DNA of 64,000 nucleotides. It comes from Hormiphora californensis. Lineage: Eukaryota; Animalia; Ctenophora. The notes beneath the pieces are model-generated. The model was not told the DNA's origin. It searched no databases and saw only the letters and a program-made list of their open reading frames with translations. Location: positions 1,426,001 to 1,490,000 of the forward strand of contig CM035355.1 in NCBI GenBank assembly GCA_020137815.1. The letters are read 5' to 3'. A program made the position numbers and the translations under genes. Within the stretch, counting starts at the first letter, position 1; every line of letters begins with the position of its first letter. Positions 23,111 through 40,200 of this stretch are shown here, piece after piece.

Positions 23111-25189
23111 ATGGGGACGATTCCGAACTCAACAATTTACTACAAACTAGCAGTTCCCGTGGACGCTACCATGGGCTGTATTAGCACGGTTAGTAGGGGC
23201 CCGGTTAGTAGTTACTTCTCTTTGTTTGTTTGTTTATTTGTTTGTTTGTTTGTTTGTTTGTTTGTTTGTTTGTTTGTTTGTTTGTTTGTTTGTTTGTTTG
23301 TTTGTTTGTTTGTTTGTTTGTTTGTTTGTTTGTTTGTTTGTTTGTTAACTTCCCTATTTAACAGGTGTTGAGCATCATGGTACTGTGCCTTTACATTCAA
23401 CGAGCGGGTTGGAAAAAATCAACTGACCTAATCTTCATGAACATAGCCATAGTTGATCTCGTAAGTCCAACCAATCATCGGTTTTTAGCAAACCCATTTG
23501 TTTGTAGATCTTATAAAAATACTTAGTCACTAGACAGTGGTGTGAACCCTTGTATTCCTCCTGTATTTGGGCGCTCGCGAGGGGAACTCGAATCGTAGCT
23601 ATAGATCAACCTCCGATCAGCCGATCAACCTCCGATTAGTTGTAGAAAAGGCAGTTCGACTATAAAATAATGAATTATTATTTCTGACATTTATTTGTTT
23701 CAGACAAACTCACTAAACTTCATAGCTCACTGTGTCATTATGTTGGACCCTTCGCAGAAGAAATTCTACTACGCTGCCTTTTGGATTCAGGCAAATGTAA
23801 GACCCCGAACTCTTGCTCTTCATATCCTCATAATCAATTCACTCGTAGAGCACGACATAGCGATCAATATGTTATGTTCAACAAACTATTCTTCCCCCAT
23901 AGACCCTGAACACGTCCCTGTACTTCACCTTGATCCTGGGAATTCTAAAGGTTTACCTTCTTCTGGATCCATTCGGATACTCCACAAAGGTCAAACACAT
24001 GTACATTGTTATTCTGTGTGCTCTCATCTGGATCGGATCAAGTGAGTTCAACTCTTTGTATTACAACTACTGACTGTCAAGTAACAAACTGACATGTGTC
24101 TGTCACAGTATTTAACTCACTTATGCCCTTATTTAACGAATCCTCTGCCTATTTATCTCTTGGACAGCTTAACCAACTGACAACGCCCTCTACTCTCTAG
24201 GTGACATTTATGACGTAAGTATTGTCCCCATTTAACCCCTCACTCTCTCTCTCTCTCTGTCAGCTATTGATTGCTACCTCCGATACGATTGGGCCAAGTA
24301 CTTCAAGTACGAGGTCTACGTTACTGGGGTCGTCCTCAGAATCATCCTTATAGTGGTCACAAACGCAACCGGGCTAACCATCATGTACAAACTTGGAAGG
24401 GGAATGCGAGACTCGGATGGACAAGGTATATGATAGTATCTGGTTTGGAACGTGTTACAGTGGGTCCACAATATTAAACTAACTGTGCAATAGTTTAAAT
24501 AAATCCATTATCTGTTGTCTAACACCTAAATAATAACTTTCAGTTCAAGAAGACAACCGCAAGGTGGACTGGAGGCGTTCATCATTTTACACCTCTGCCA
24601 TTCTCTCCTTTTCCTATCTCTTCTGCCACTCCTACTACCTCTACGTGCTGCTTATCTGGACTGTCAAGGGAGCATGCAAGCGTGCTAAGACAGATAACCC
24701 TCTGATGTACTTCACCGGCTGTGGAGCTGAGTCTCTCTCCATGGGCCACATCTCTCTTCTCCTCTACTCCATTGTAACCAACGTGATCATCCTGAACCAA
24801 CAGGCCCTCAGGTTAAAGGGGGTTGGGATTGTACCGAACTACAGTTCTCTCAGCGATAAATATGATTATCATGAGAAATAGTGCGAATAAACAAGAGATA
24901 ACATCTTGTGTACTAAAGCTCTTCTATCTTGCAGGACCCAGATGAGTTCAATTTATAGCAGCATCAGATCTTCAAACAGTAGCAACAGTACTAGCAACAT
25001 GAAACTCCGCAGTGTCACCAAGGTATTGTTACTGTAGAGAACAGTTAGAATAGTATCGATATTTGGGGATCGATATTTGTAGTTCGATCTACAAGGATCT
25101 AGATCATTGAATAATTTTAACATTTTTCAACTTTTCAGAGAACAAGCAGTGCCTACAAACAAAAATCATCCATCACCATGTCCTCTTAG
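23111..25189 (+). CDS. Orphan rhodopsin-like (class A) GPCR, 8 exons
   Basis: Exons 23111-23188, 23365-23460, 23704-23796, 23903-24041, 24264-24425, 24544-24811, 24935-25022 and 25139-25189 have compatible phases; 7 hydrophobic segments; TM2 FMNIAIVDL; N-glycan site NST. Confidence 0.85.
23220..23346. repeat. (GTTT)n microsatellite in GPCR intron 1
   Basis: Directly visible. Confidence 0.95.
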
Positions 25190-25879
25190 GATCGGATACA
25201 GCCAGCAACAGATTTTTTGGACTTGTCCACAGTTCAGAACTATTTATCTTTTCTATAATTGTGCAAATTGTATCTTGTAAATCTGATTCCACGCTAGTGT
25301 AAGCTCCTCCAAATGAGTACTGTGTTCTCTTTTTCTCTGATCCTTCTCCAGGTTCCAGCGACAAACTATCCTTTTTGTGAAAAATGGCTATCTGTGCCAG
25401 TAACCAGCCAGATATTATTGTGCTTTATTTGTGTAATGATTGTGCAATTTCGATTAATTTAATCTTAAACTTAGTGTTTCAATAAAAAAACTAATACTGT
25501 TCAAACGGCATTTTTGAAAGCCTCCGAGCTTGTGGTTCCAGGTTCGCACATGCAAAATGGGACTCTGGCCAAAGGGGACTGGATGCCAAATCAAAATGAT
25601 TGTTGGGGTCGTGCCGGCCCCGTGACGATCTGAGTGTTTAAAGGCCTGGTTACAGGTGACAGGTGTGTGCTGCCAAAAAATTACCCTGCACTAAAATGGC
25701 TCTAACCAGTTAACCACTCAACCGTTTTGCCTAATTCAAAGTTTATCTGATAGGAAATCTCAAGCCCTACCGCCAAACCCCGACCCCAGCTCTAAAACTA
25801 GCCCTACTTAAGCTCTAACGCTAAAAACGGTGAGTGCTGATACTCAAAACACCAAGATTTTTTTGGCCTATGCCCTAGA

Positions 25880-26480
25880 AGCCGTGGAAAACGCGCGCAC
25901 TTGGGGTCTGCAGCGCATGCCAAAAGATTTTTGAGTTTAAAGTTTCCCAAAACAAAATGTTATTTGTTGTGAAAAATTGCAATGATTGTTGGCGCGCGGC
26001 CGGACGCGCAAAACCAGATTTAACGCCGCGCGATAAGAAAATCCCATCTCGCGTCGTAACTGCTAAAAATAAAAAACCTAAAAATCTAAAAAGCGAAAAC
26101 GCCAAAATTTTTCGTGGAACCTCGCCTCCTACCGGTGCTTGCAGCCACTGCCCACTGGACCCCGCTTTAGTGGGTACTCTGCCCCTACATCTTGTCCGGG
26201 GCTGTGCCCCAAGCCCTGCTTGTCAGGAGTCCGGAGTTTTATACCCACGCCCCCTGGCCCGAACGCGGAACGCCCTTTAAAAAGTGAAGAAAGTTGGCAT
26301 GAGCTTTTGCATGTGTTGCAGTCCCATCGTTAGAATGTCTTCAAGACAAGATAAATCCTTTTTTCAACTGTTCACCACCTTTTAACGCACGCCGCACGCG
26401 TCGTTTTTGTGTGTGACGCATGACAACCCCCATGGCCCACTTCCGCTCATCTACGGCAAAAAACGCATATCACTGGAAAG
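25880..26480 (+). promoter_or_regulatory. CGCG-rich promoter region upstream of aminopropyltransferase copy 1
   Basis: Clusters of gcgcgc/cgcgcg interleaved with A-tracts; the proximal part is duplicated at 28560-28772. Confidence 0.45.
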
Positions 26481-26705
26481 AGCATAATTTTCTGAGCCCG
26501 TGAAATTTTAGTAGGAAATGATTTGAGAAGGCTTGAGTTTCAACGTGCAAACAAAGATAGCGATTAGCGTGTCACCCAGTTGAAACTTGACAGAAAGGAC
26601 CATAATCTGAGATGATTACTTAACAGTTAATTGTTTACTTCGAGGATCGAGGTTTTAAAACAAAACATGTCAATTGACGGGTTTACTTTAGATTATCGGT
26701 AGCTG

Positions 26706-27617
26706 ATGGCGAAACAGTGGCACACGGAGGAAAATGAATCTGAATATCCCGGACAACGGTTTCAGATCGAGGAAGATAATCTAATTTACGAAACCAAGTC
26801 CCAATACCAAACTATTCGAGTGTTTGATCATGTCAAGTTTGGTCGTGTTCTGTCGCTCGATGGGTGTGTGCAGGGTTCTACATTTGACGAGTTTCTATAT
26901 CAGGAGATGCTGACCTACCTACCTCTCTGCTCGACAGAGGATGTTAGTAAGGTGCTGGTGCTAGGGGGAGGGGATGGAGGAGTGGCTAGAGAGGCTGCCA
27001 AAGATCCCAGAGTCAAATCTGTCACTGTTGTTGATATTGACGAAAAAGTGGTTGAAACATGTCGCAAGTTTATACCTTCTATGGCTGCATCTTTTGACAA
27101 CCCTAAGGTAACTCTGATTATTGAAAACGCTAAAACCTACCTGAAAAATCAGCCGGATAATTCGTTTAATGCTGTCATTATTGATCTAACAGACTCTCCA
27201 TCAAAAGAGGACGACTCAGAGCCGCAGTTTATTAACAGCGATCTAATGCGAGATATTAGGCGAGTTTTAGTAAATGGTGGTGTTCTATCCCAACAAGATT
27301 TTGCTCCCTACTCAAACAACAGACTCCTTTCAAAGAGTGTTGATGTCTTCAAAGCGGCAACCACTAACGTATGCTATGGCTCTGTGCCCGTACCTTGTTT
27401 TCCGAATGGGTCCATTGGGATATGTTTTGGGCGAGTTTGGAAGAATGGCCAGGAACATGTTGATTTGAGTTGCCCAGTCTGGAAGATATCTGAGGAATGT
27501 GCCGTTAATATGGGTTTGAGGTGTTACTATGATGGGTATCATACTGCGTCCTGTACCCTTCCCCTTGATTTCAAGATCTGGTGGAGAGAACTAGTTGAAA
27601 AGGGAGAGAATTATTGA
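26706..27617 (+). CDS. Spermidine/spermine synthase family aminopropyltransferase, copy 1 (intronless, 303 aa)
   Basis: KSQYQ, FGRVLSLDG, DEFLYQEM, VLVLGGGDGG, DIDEKVV, IIDLTD. Confidence 0.92.
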   Translation: MAKQWHTEENESEYPGQRFQIEEDNLIYETKSQYQTIRVFDHVKFGRVLSLDGCVQGSTFDEFLYQEMLTYLPLCSTEDVSKVLVLGGGDGGVAREAAKDPRVKSVTVVDIDEKVVETCRKFIPSMAASFDNPKVTLIIENAKTYLKNQPDNSFNAVIIDLTDSPSKEDDSEPQFINSDLMRDIRRVLVNGGVLSQQDFAPYSNNRLLSKSVDVFKAATTNVCYGSVPVPCFPNGSIGICFGRVWKNGQEHVDLSCPVWKISEECAVNMGLRCYYDGYHTASCTLPLDFKIWWRELVEKGENY

Positions 27618-27744
27618 ACTGTTACGTTGGAGTTGTTTGTTATTTGAGTATATATGCCAAAGATAAATGTATATCGGGTTCTTATTTCTATTGACGTTTA
27701 ATGTTTATAGTAACCATATGGCATATGTTTACATTTTATTTATA

Positions 27745-27913
27745 CAGTCGGACCCCGATTTAGTGGCCCCCGATTTAGTGGCACCCCGATTTAGTGGCAG
27801 GATTTTTTCCCCCTGATATAGGAAATTAACATTATTTGACCCCGATTTAGTGGCACCCCGATTTAGTGGCAGGATTTTTCCCCCGAGGATGCCACTAAAT
27901 CGGGGTCCGACTG
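27745..27913. mobile_element. Tc1/mariner-type MITE with TA target-site duplication
   Basis: TIR cagtcggaccccgatttagtggc; flanked by TA; the empty site is seen in the paralogous block at about 32073. Confidence 0.9.
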
Positions 27914-28116
27914 TAGAATATTGTATTGGGATTTATTTCGCGTTCATTGTGTTTTCTAGAATCATGATCTTATCATATTTGGTGTAATTATAATGACTCC
28001 CCCTTACTGCCGACATCACCTAACCAATCATTGAATATGTTACCTCTATCTATCTATGGTGAATGTAAAATGTATCAACTTGGGTAATAACCATCTATTC
28101 CCGATTCTAGCAGGGT

Positions 28117-28450
28117 ATGTTTATATTGGGACCTGCCCCTAAAGCGATCGGAGGAATAGCCGCCATCCTCGCCAGCTGTATCACATGTCATCAGGTTGGT
28201 GTAAATACTAAAAATATTGTATGGCACTCCAAATTCTCTATGAGTAGTAGACCAAATGTCAGATATAATTAACAGATAATTAACAGAAACAAAATATCTT
28301 CCCAGATCTACATGAACCTTCGAACTTGATTACTAGACCACGAGCATGCGATAATTATATCAGATTACTCATTATATGTTCCAATCTATGCCCGACATCT
28401 TGGTTAGTGGTTCTTGGAAGTGGAGCTTTCTGACACATCGTTTTTGGGTA
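28117..28450 (+). pseudogene. Truncated duplicate of TMEM184 exons 1-2
   Basis: Exon 1 is near-identical to 32340-32417; exon 2 is degenerate and then lost. Confidence 0.8.
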
Positions 28451-28772
28451 GGCATACGCTTTAGAAAGTGGTAAATGGTATAGCGTTTATCCGTTAACCC
28501 CGGTAGTGAACCATTTATTTTTAACACTATTAAGCGGTATATTAAATGTATTGATTATTAAAGTGAAGAAAGTTGGCTTAAGCTTTTGCATGTGCTACAG
28601 TTCCATCGTTAGAGTGTCTTCAAGACAAGATAAGTCCTTTTTTCCAATGTTCACCACCTTTTAACGCACGCCGCACCCGTCGTTTTTGTGTGTGACGCAT
28701 GACAACCCCCGGCCATGGCCCACTTCCGCTCAAACTACGGCAAAAAACCGCATATCACTGGAAAGAGCATAA

Positions 28773-30808
28773 AAGTTCCCGAACCTTGTCTTACTCCTAC
28801 TCCTCAGCTTATGCTCAAGGCGCTCTCTGAGCTCAAACCTGATTCGAGCCCTGGGCCTGATGGAGTACCGGCCATGTTACTGAAAGAATGTGCTGAAGAA
28901 CTCTCTTCCCCGCTGACTCTACTCTGGGCAGAGTCATTCACTACCGGTATCTGCCCAAAGTTCTACAAGCAGGGAAACGTCACCCCTCTTTTTAAAAAAG
29001 GTGACAAAGCCAGAGCTTGTAACTACCGACCAGTTACTCTGACTTCCCACGTTGTTAAATGCTATGAGAGAGTAATGAGGGACCATATGGTGGAATTCCT
29101 AGAAAGTAACGATATGTTCACCAACCAACAGCACGGCTTCCGAGGGGGTCGGTCATGTCTCAGCCAGCTTCTTGCACACTATGACCAGATGTATCAATGC
29201 TTGTTTGATAATGCTGAAGCGGATACCATCTATTTGGATTTTAGTAAGGCGTTTGATCGGGTGGATCTACGTCTGCTAATGAGGAAACTGAGGCGGTATG
29301 GATTCTCTGAGGGAGTCTGTAAGTGGATCGAATCATTTCTGACTGATCGGACACAGACAGTTGTAGTTTCTGGCACAAAATCCGGTGTCAGAATCATCAT
29401 CAGTGGAGTCCCGCAAGGAACTGTCCTGGGGCCGTTACTATTTCTCATTTTTGTGAACGACCTACCAGACTGTGTGAAACACTCCATTGTCAGCCTGTTT
29501 GCCGATGATACGCGGCTGGGGAAGAGAATATCAACAGTAGCAGACTGCCTTCTCTTACAAGAAGACCTAACAGCTGTAACACGGTGGGCCGAGTCTAATA
29601 ATATGCTTTTGAATGAGAAGAAATATGAACTGATCAGTCATCGTATCAGGGTAGACTCCTTCCTGCAACAGCTCCCGTTCTTTGCTGAACTATCTACATA
29701 CACAACTAACAGCGGGCATACCCTGGAAGCATCTCCATGGGTTAGAGACCTCGGTGTTATTGTAGATGCTGGAATGACGTGGTCGGAGCACATAGGAAGA
29801 ACTGTATCCAGGGCTCGGCAGACGTGTGGATGGACACTCAGCGTCTTTAAAAGTCGTGACAGAACAGTCATGCTTACCCTGTACAAATCACTCATACGAT
29901 CCATACTCGACTATTGCAGCCCACTATGGGCGCCAGTAGCTATTGGCCAGATACAGCTGGTTGAGTCGGTACAACGAACATTTACCTCCCGTATTTCAAA
30001 TATGGGAGAACTGAACTACTGGGAGAGACTCAAGGACTTGCATCTCATGTCCATTCAGCGACGCCACGAACGTTATTTCATGATCTATATGTTCAAGCTA
30101 AGGATGAGTCTAGTACCAAATGACATTGGGATCATAATTGAAGATACCGGTCGTTGCGGATTTAAGGCTAGGGTACCCGCTCTGCCTGTTTCCAAGTCTG
30201 CTAAAATCCAGTCTCCTTTTCCACCAGAGGTCCTAAGCTATGGAACTGCCTGCCTAAATCGGTCCGAGATCAGACTGAGATGGAGAAATTTAAGTCCGAG
30301 CTAGGCGCTTTTCTGGCCCAAATTCCAGACGAGCCACCAACACCTGGGTATGTGCGGGCGAATAACAACTCAGTGTTGGATTGGACCATGGGAGGTCGAT
30401 GGAAATTCGATAGAACTGTATGGGCATTATGAGTGACACTAAATCTTGGTGCTTAGGCACTGTGGTGTGGTCAATGGGCACGAGCTTGCTCGCTTGTTTC
30501 ATTATCTTTATAATGTTACATTAATGCCTACGCTACATTGAAGAGGGTGCGTCCGCGAAACTCCGGCCACCTGAAGAAAGAAGAGACGAGAGTGTTGGGC
30601 GTAGATTTCGTTAAAATGAATTGCGTTTAAGTTTTTAATTTAATTTTATTAAACTAATAATCGAACTTTTGTACTGTAAAATAAAGTCAGTTTTAAATGT
30701 GTGTTCTTGAGAGGTGGTCATGTTTTGTTGATAGCCTTAATTATTTTTCAAGTTTCAAGTTCAAGTTTCAAGTTTCAAGTTTCAAGTTTTCAAGTTTTTT
30801 CAAGTTTC
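28773..30808 (+). mobile_element. 5'-truncated CR1/L2-group LINE (RT domain) with (TTTCAAG)n tail
   Basis: SPGPDG, NYRPVTLTS, QHGFR, YLDFSKAFD, GVPQGTVLGPLLF, LFADD, RDLGV. A frameshift near 30213 is followed by GPKLWNCLP...IPDEP in another frame. The empty site lies at about 26487 in the paralogous block. Confidence 0.93.
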
Positions 30809-31012
30809 AATTTTCTGAGCCCGTGAAATTTTAGTAGGAAATTAGTTGAGAAGGCTTGAGTTTCAACGTGCAAACAAAAATAGCGTGTCACCCAGTTGAA
30901 ACTTGAAATATAGGACCATATTCTGAGATGATAGATAATTAATTGTTTAGTTCGGAGATTGAGGTTTTGAAGCAAAACATGTCAATTGATGGGTTTACTT
31001 AACCAGTAGCTG

Positions 31013-31924
31013 ATGGCGAAACAGTGGCACACGGAGGAAAATGAATCTGAATATCCCGGACAACGGTTTCAACTTGAAGAAGATAATCTAATTTACGAGA
31101 CCAAGTCTCAATACCAAACTATTCGAGTGTTTGATCATGTCAAGTTTGGTCGTGTTCTGTCGCTCGATGGATGTGTGCAGGGTTCTACATTTGACGAGTT
31201 TCTCTATCAGGAGATGCTGACCTACCTACCTCTCTGCTCGACAGAGGATGTTAGTAAAGTGCTAGTGCTGGGGGGAGGGGATGGTGGGGTGGCTAGAGAG
31301 GCTGCCAAAGATCCCAGAGTCAAATCTGTCATTGTTGTTGATATTGACGAAAAAGTGGTTGAAACATGTCGTAAGTTTATACCTTCTATGGCTGCATCTT
31401 TTGACAACCCTAATGTAACTCTGATTATTGAAAACGCTAAAACCTACCTGAAAAATCAGCTGGATAATTCGTTTAATGCTGTTATTATTGATCTTACAGA
31501 CTCTCCATCAAGTGAGGACGACTCAGAGCCACAGTTTATTAACAGCGATCTAATGCGAGATATTAGGCGAGTTTTAGTAGATGGTGGTGTTGTATCCCAA
31601 CAAGATTTTGCTCCCTACTCCAACAACAGACTCCTTTCAAAGAGTGTTGATGTCTTCAAAGCGACAACCACTAACATATGCTATGGCTCTGTGCCCGTGC
31701 CGTGCTTTCCGAATGGAGCTATTGGGATATGCTTTGGGCGAGTTTGGAAGAATGGCCAGGATCACATTGATTTGAGTTGCCCAGTCTGGAAGATATCTGA
31801 GGAGTGTGCTGTTACGATGGGTTTGAGGTGTTATTATGATAGGTATCATACTGCGTCCTGTACCCTTCCCCTTGATTTGAAGATCTGGTGGAGGGAAATA
31901 GTTGAAAAGGGAGAGAATCATTGA
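31013..31924 (+). CDS. Spermidine/spermine synthase family aminopropyltransferase, copy 2 (303 aa)
   Basis: 17 amino-acid differences from copy 1; same motifs. Confidence 0.92.
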   Translation: MAKQWHTEENESEYPGQRFQLEEDNLIYETKSQYQTIRVFDHVKFGRVLSLDGCVQGSTFDEFLYQEMLTYLPLCSTEDVSKVLVLGGGDGGVAREAAKDPRVKSVIVVDIDEKVVETCRKFIPSMAASFDNPNVTLIIENAKTYLKNQLDNSFNAVIIDLTDSPSSEDDSEPQFINSDLMRDIRRVLVDGGVVSQQDFAPYSNNRLLSKSVDVFKATTTNICYGSVPVPCFPNGAIGICFGRVWKNGQDHIDLSCPVWKISEECAVTMGLRCYYDRYHTASCTLPLDLKIWWREIVEKGENH

Positions 31925-32339
31925 GCTGTTTGAGCGTGAACACAGTGTCAGGCGAATCAATGAGCTGTTACGTGGTTTGTTATTTGAGTATATGCCAAAG
32001 ATAACTGTATATTGGGTTCTTATTTCTATTGACGTTTAATGTTTATAGTAACCATATGTTTACATTTTATTTATAGAATATTGTATTGGGATTTATTTCG
32101 CGTTCATTGTGTTTTCTAGTATTATGATCTTATCATATTTGGTGTAATTATAATGACTCCCCTTTACTGCCGACATCACCTAACCAATCATTGAATATGA
32201 TCCATTAAATACGTACCTCTATCTATCTATCTATGGTGAATGTAAAATGTAAATAATTCCCTATGGTGAATGTAAATAATTCCCCCTCCCATGAATCATG
32301 ACTTGGCCAATAACCGTCTATTCCCGATTCTAGCAGGGT

Positions 32340-36245
<3,906 letters not shown>

Positions 36246-37261
36246 TTTGTTGTTGTTGTCTGTTTTAGATGTGTTGTTGTTGTTGTTGTTTTTTGTGATG
36301 TTTCCTCTCACTGGTTGAGATATGTAGAAAGAACCGTGTGTACTGAGTGTACTGAGTGCGGGGAAATCAGGATAATGCTCCTGACATATTGTGCATAACA
36401 TTTGCCTCTATTTTTCTTTTGAACGGTAAAGTTTCTGTAAGAGCAAGTTATAAACGGGATAAACGATAATTTTGTTTTGTCATGGTTGTTGAATATTTTG
36501 ACATTTATCAGTATGTGCAAACCCTTGGAGAGAAGGGTCGCGTTGGAGTTCAATACAATAGCTATGGACGGTCCAACTCCCCAATCCCGCTCTAGTTGAA
36601 CTTGATGGTTAGACCGTCCGTGGCTCTTGTATTTTGGGAGTGCTGACTTCATCACCCCTATTTGGAATCGTATCATTTGTTGTATTTGGGCACTGACTAG
36701 CTATTCAATATGTTCTATTCAGTATATGACTCAGATTTGTCTTAAAATACGTTGTTTTAATGAAAACTGGCCGGGGAATAAGTCACAGTTTCACGGGAAA
36801 TAACATTGCTCATGTTGATTTGAGAGTCTCCGACACTCTAACATCAAGTTCTGAAACAATTGTATGAGAGAGAGCGTGCGCGCGAAGACACTCACATGCG
36901 ACACCCCGCGTGTTCCGTTCAATGCCTGCAGAAACTGTGACAGTGTCCCCAAACAGTGTGCCAAACTTTGTTGGCTGATGCAAAGTGATTACAAACATTT
37001 CAAGACGTTAAAATATAGTTATCGTAATACAACAGCTAACAGGAAGTGTTGCTTTAAAATATATCAGATATCTTTATCTCAGTTTTTAACCCATGTCAGC
37101 TGTATCAAGATCAAATTTTGTACTGGTCGAATCACACGTCAAAACTGAAAATTTAACCACACATTTTCCACTTTTTGTCACATTCAAAACTGTAAATCAA
37201 TAAATATAGCTATATTTCCAATTCAAGTATTATAGAGTCCGTCTCTCAATATCTCAACATT

Positions 37262-40200
37262 TCAAAGGGTCCACGGTTTCCCAAACTTAGTGGTTACTGC
37301 CCCCATACCACTAGCAGCCAGATGAGCCACAACGGCTCCCTTCAGTTTCCTATAAGCAGTGCTACCCTCCTTGGCTTCCTTTCTGTCCCCTGGTAGATCT
37401 TGTAGATCGTGTAGCGTGCACAGCTCAGTGAATGCCGCGAAGGATGAGTGGGAGCAATACTCAGAGGGTGAAAATAGATCCGGACTGGGGTTTGGTTCGG
37501 GTTTGTTGACGGTAGGGTCCGCTATCTTCAGACCTGATGGGAGAGTGATGTCAGAGTGTTTTAATAATTAAAAGTGATATAATTAGCTAGGAAAAGATAA
37601 TGGGATGTCGTAAAAGGAAACTATCCGGTACAAATGTTCTGCTCTATATGTTACCTTGTCGTGAGAAGATAACCTCGAGGGGTCTATCCACAGCCCATAC
37701 TGCTGACCATGTGTTCCTGCCATCGGATGCTGGAGCTCTCCATCTACCACGAATAACACTAAACTCTGGCTCCATACCCGAGTCTGCACGGATCGAATCA
37801 CCTGAGGGAGAGGGGAGTAATAATGATCTTTTGAAGAGTTGTGAGTTGTCGACTGAATAAATTATAAGTAGAGAATCTCTACCCAAATAGAATATGATAT
37901 TGCTTAGGGGAAACTCTAACTGAATGGCATCCCATTAATGGGATCCCATCAACAGTAAAACTCTAACTGATAATGGACCACAGTGATGGTTCTTTCTCTG
38001 TATTCTCTCTGTAGGCAGTACATCTATGTACTGCCTACAGAGAGAATACAGAGAAAGAACTATAGGGCATGCCCGGGCACGAGCGCGCACACAGAGAGAA
38101 TACAGAGAAAGAACCATCACTGTGGTCCATTATCAGTTAGAGTTTTACTGTTGATGGGATCCCATTAATGGGATGCCATTCAGTTAGAGTTTCCCCTAAC
38201 CCTTGACCCGTTCCCAGAGGCCTCGTTTCAAAGATCCAAAGTCCCTGACTGTGGCCTGTTTGGAGGGGACCATGTATCGGGAAATGTATACGGGATTACA
38301 GATCATATCCATCAGAGCACCCTGTACACCACATATCTGTCGTAGTGCCAACTTGTCACTGGAGGTGGGGAGAGGGGGTTGGAACTGGTGCTATTGTGTG
38401 GGGGGAATAGTTAGGACTAACGTTATTGTGCGTGGAGGGAGTTAGAACTAGACCGAGCTATTTGTGTCATGTGTGTAATGGGGGGGGGGGGGGTAATTAA
38501 TTGTACCTTGGTGATATAATTGGATGGTGACTGTAACTAATTGTACCTTGGTGATATAATTGGATGGTGACTGTAACTAATTGTACCTTGGTGATATAAT
38601 TGGATGGTGACTGTAATTAATTGTACCTTGGGGATATAATTGGATGATGACCCTTCTCTGGGTTGGCAGTAACGAACTCCTGTGTGTTTCCATGCAGTAG
38701 CATCGTACAGCTGATGACACACCTTACCCTCCGTCACAGATTCATCCCTATTGTAATAAGGTCGGTTGTGGCGCCTCTTGCCCTCACCACCTCCACCACC
38801 ACCCTGAACCCCCTCTGATCCCTCTCCCGTTTCACCCATCTTCTGTCCAGTTATCTCCTCCGCAAGCCGCTTCATTCCTTTGTAACTACTGTACGTGACA
38901 TTGCCTACTGTGTAGGTGGTAGCGTATGTGGTCTTGGATTTGTCACCTCCCTCACCCTCCACTACTTCTGCAGTAGCACTCTCCGCTCCTTCTTTTGGTG
39001 TTTCTTTAGGTTGATCTTCTTCCTCTTCCTTTGAAACAACATCCTCCTCCTCCTCTTTCTTATCTACATCAGGTTCAACTACGTCATCAGCCTCCTTAGC
39101 AACCACTGCAGCATCTCCCTCGTCTTCCTTAGCAACGGGGTCCTTCTCACTGACAGAGGTCCGGGCCCGCTTGTTACCCCTCATGTTGTTACCCCTTCTG
39201 TATAGCCTACAGTCACCAATAGGGATGAAGTTGAGATACATAACAAACTTGATATCTTTCTTTACCTGCATAGGAATAATTGTGAGCATTTTAAGTCAAG
39301 TAAATTACGGATAACAACTGGGAATTGTGACTCATGATACACGGCAAATTGTACTAACCGATAACTTCCCCGAGATATCTCGTTCAAAAACTGATGTTTT
39401 GGAGTTGAAACATTCCTCAGCCTGGTCTATCAGGTACCTTCGCATTGCCTTCAGCGCCAATATCTCAGCTACATAGGAGTGGAGACATGTCAGAGAAATA
39501 GTCCTTTCAGATCTAACTTTTTCTACAACTTAACTGCTGAATTGGATTGACAAATCACGGTGAACTCACCATTGCAGTCGTTGATACGTTTTCCATCATC
39601 AGTTATTTCATCTGTTACAATGAGGTTAGATCCCGTTCCAAAACTGACAACAGTATAGTTATCAAGGGTCTTCTCCTCACCTGACACCTGACATTGTGTG
39701 CGAGTGTGTTATTGTGAAATGACAGGAGATGTGACTCAAGTTGAGTGTCTCACCATTACAAAGTGACTCAGGTCAGGTTGATATTGCCCTGCTCACAGAA
39801 TAACCCTACCACGCTGGCTCTGGGAAGGTCAACACAATGACCAGCTGTCTAGCAGGGACAGTGAATCCATTATGTGCTCTCCGCCCTGCAAGTCTTGCAG
39901 CTTGTATCATTGAAATGACGGTAGATTCTATATAATTTAACATAAATCACCGGTTCACACTTACTAGAGGTTCACACGCAATCACTAGGTCGCTTGTAAG
40001 TCACTTCTTTTCATGTGTATGAATTAAACGTTTTTGTCTTTGTCAAATTACTATGCAGGCCACAAAGGGGACGGCGCTGGACCCCTCCCTTCTAAAGAAA
40101 TGGAGGAGCCCATGGCTTTTTGTAAAAATTTATTAGTCTGTCATCGCGTTACATATCAGTCTCAATCAGTCAGTAATTAGCAGAAGTCAGGACCTCTATG

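Noticed and set aside
37262-37310. Apparent TAA at the conserved Trp of the ADAR C-terminus (editable stop)
   Set aside because: Recounting the G-run shows the frame is open (GMGAVTTKFGKPWTL*).
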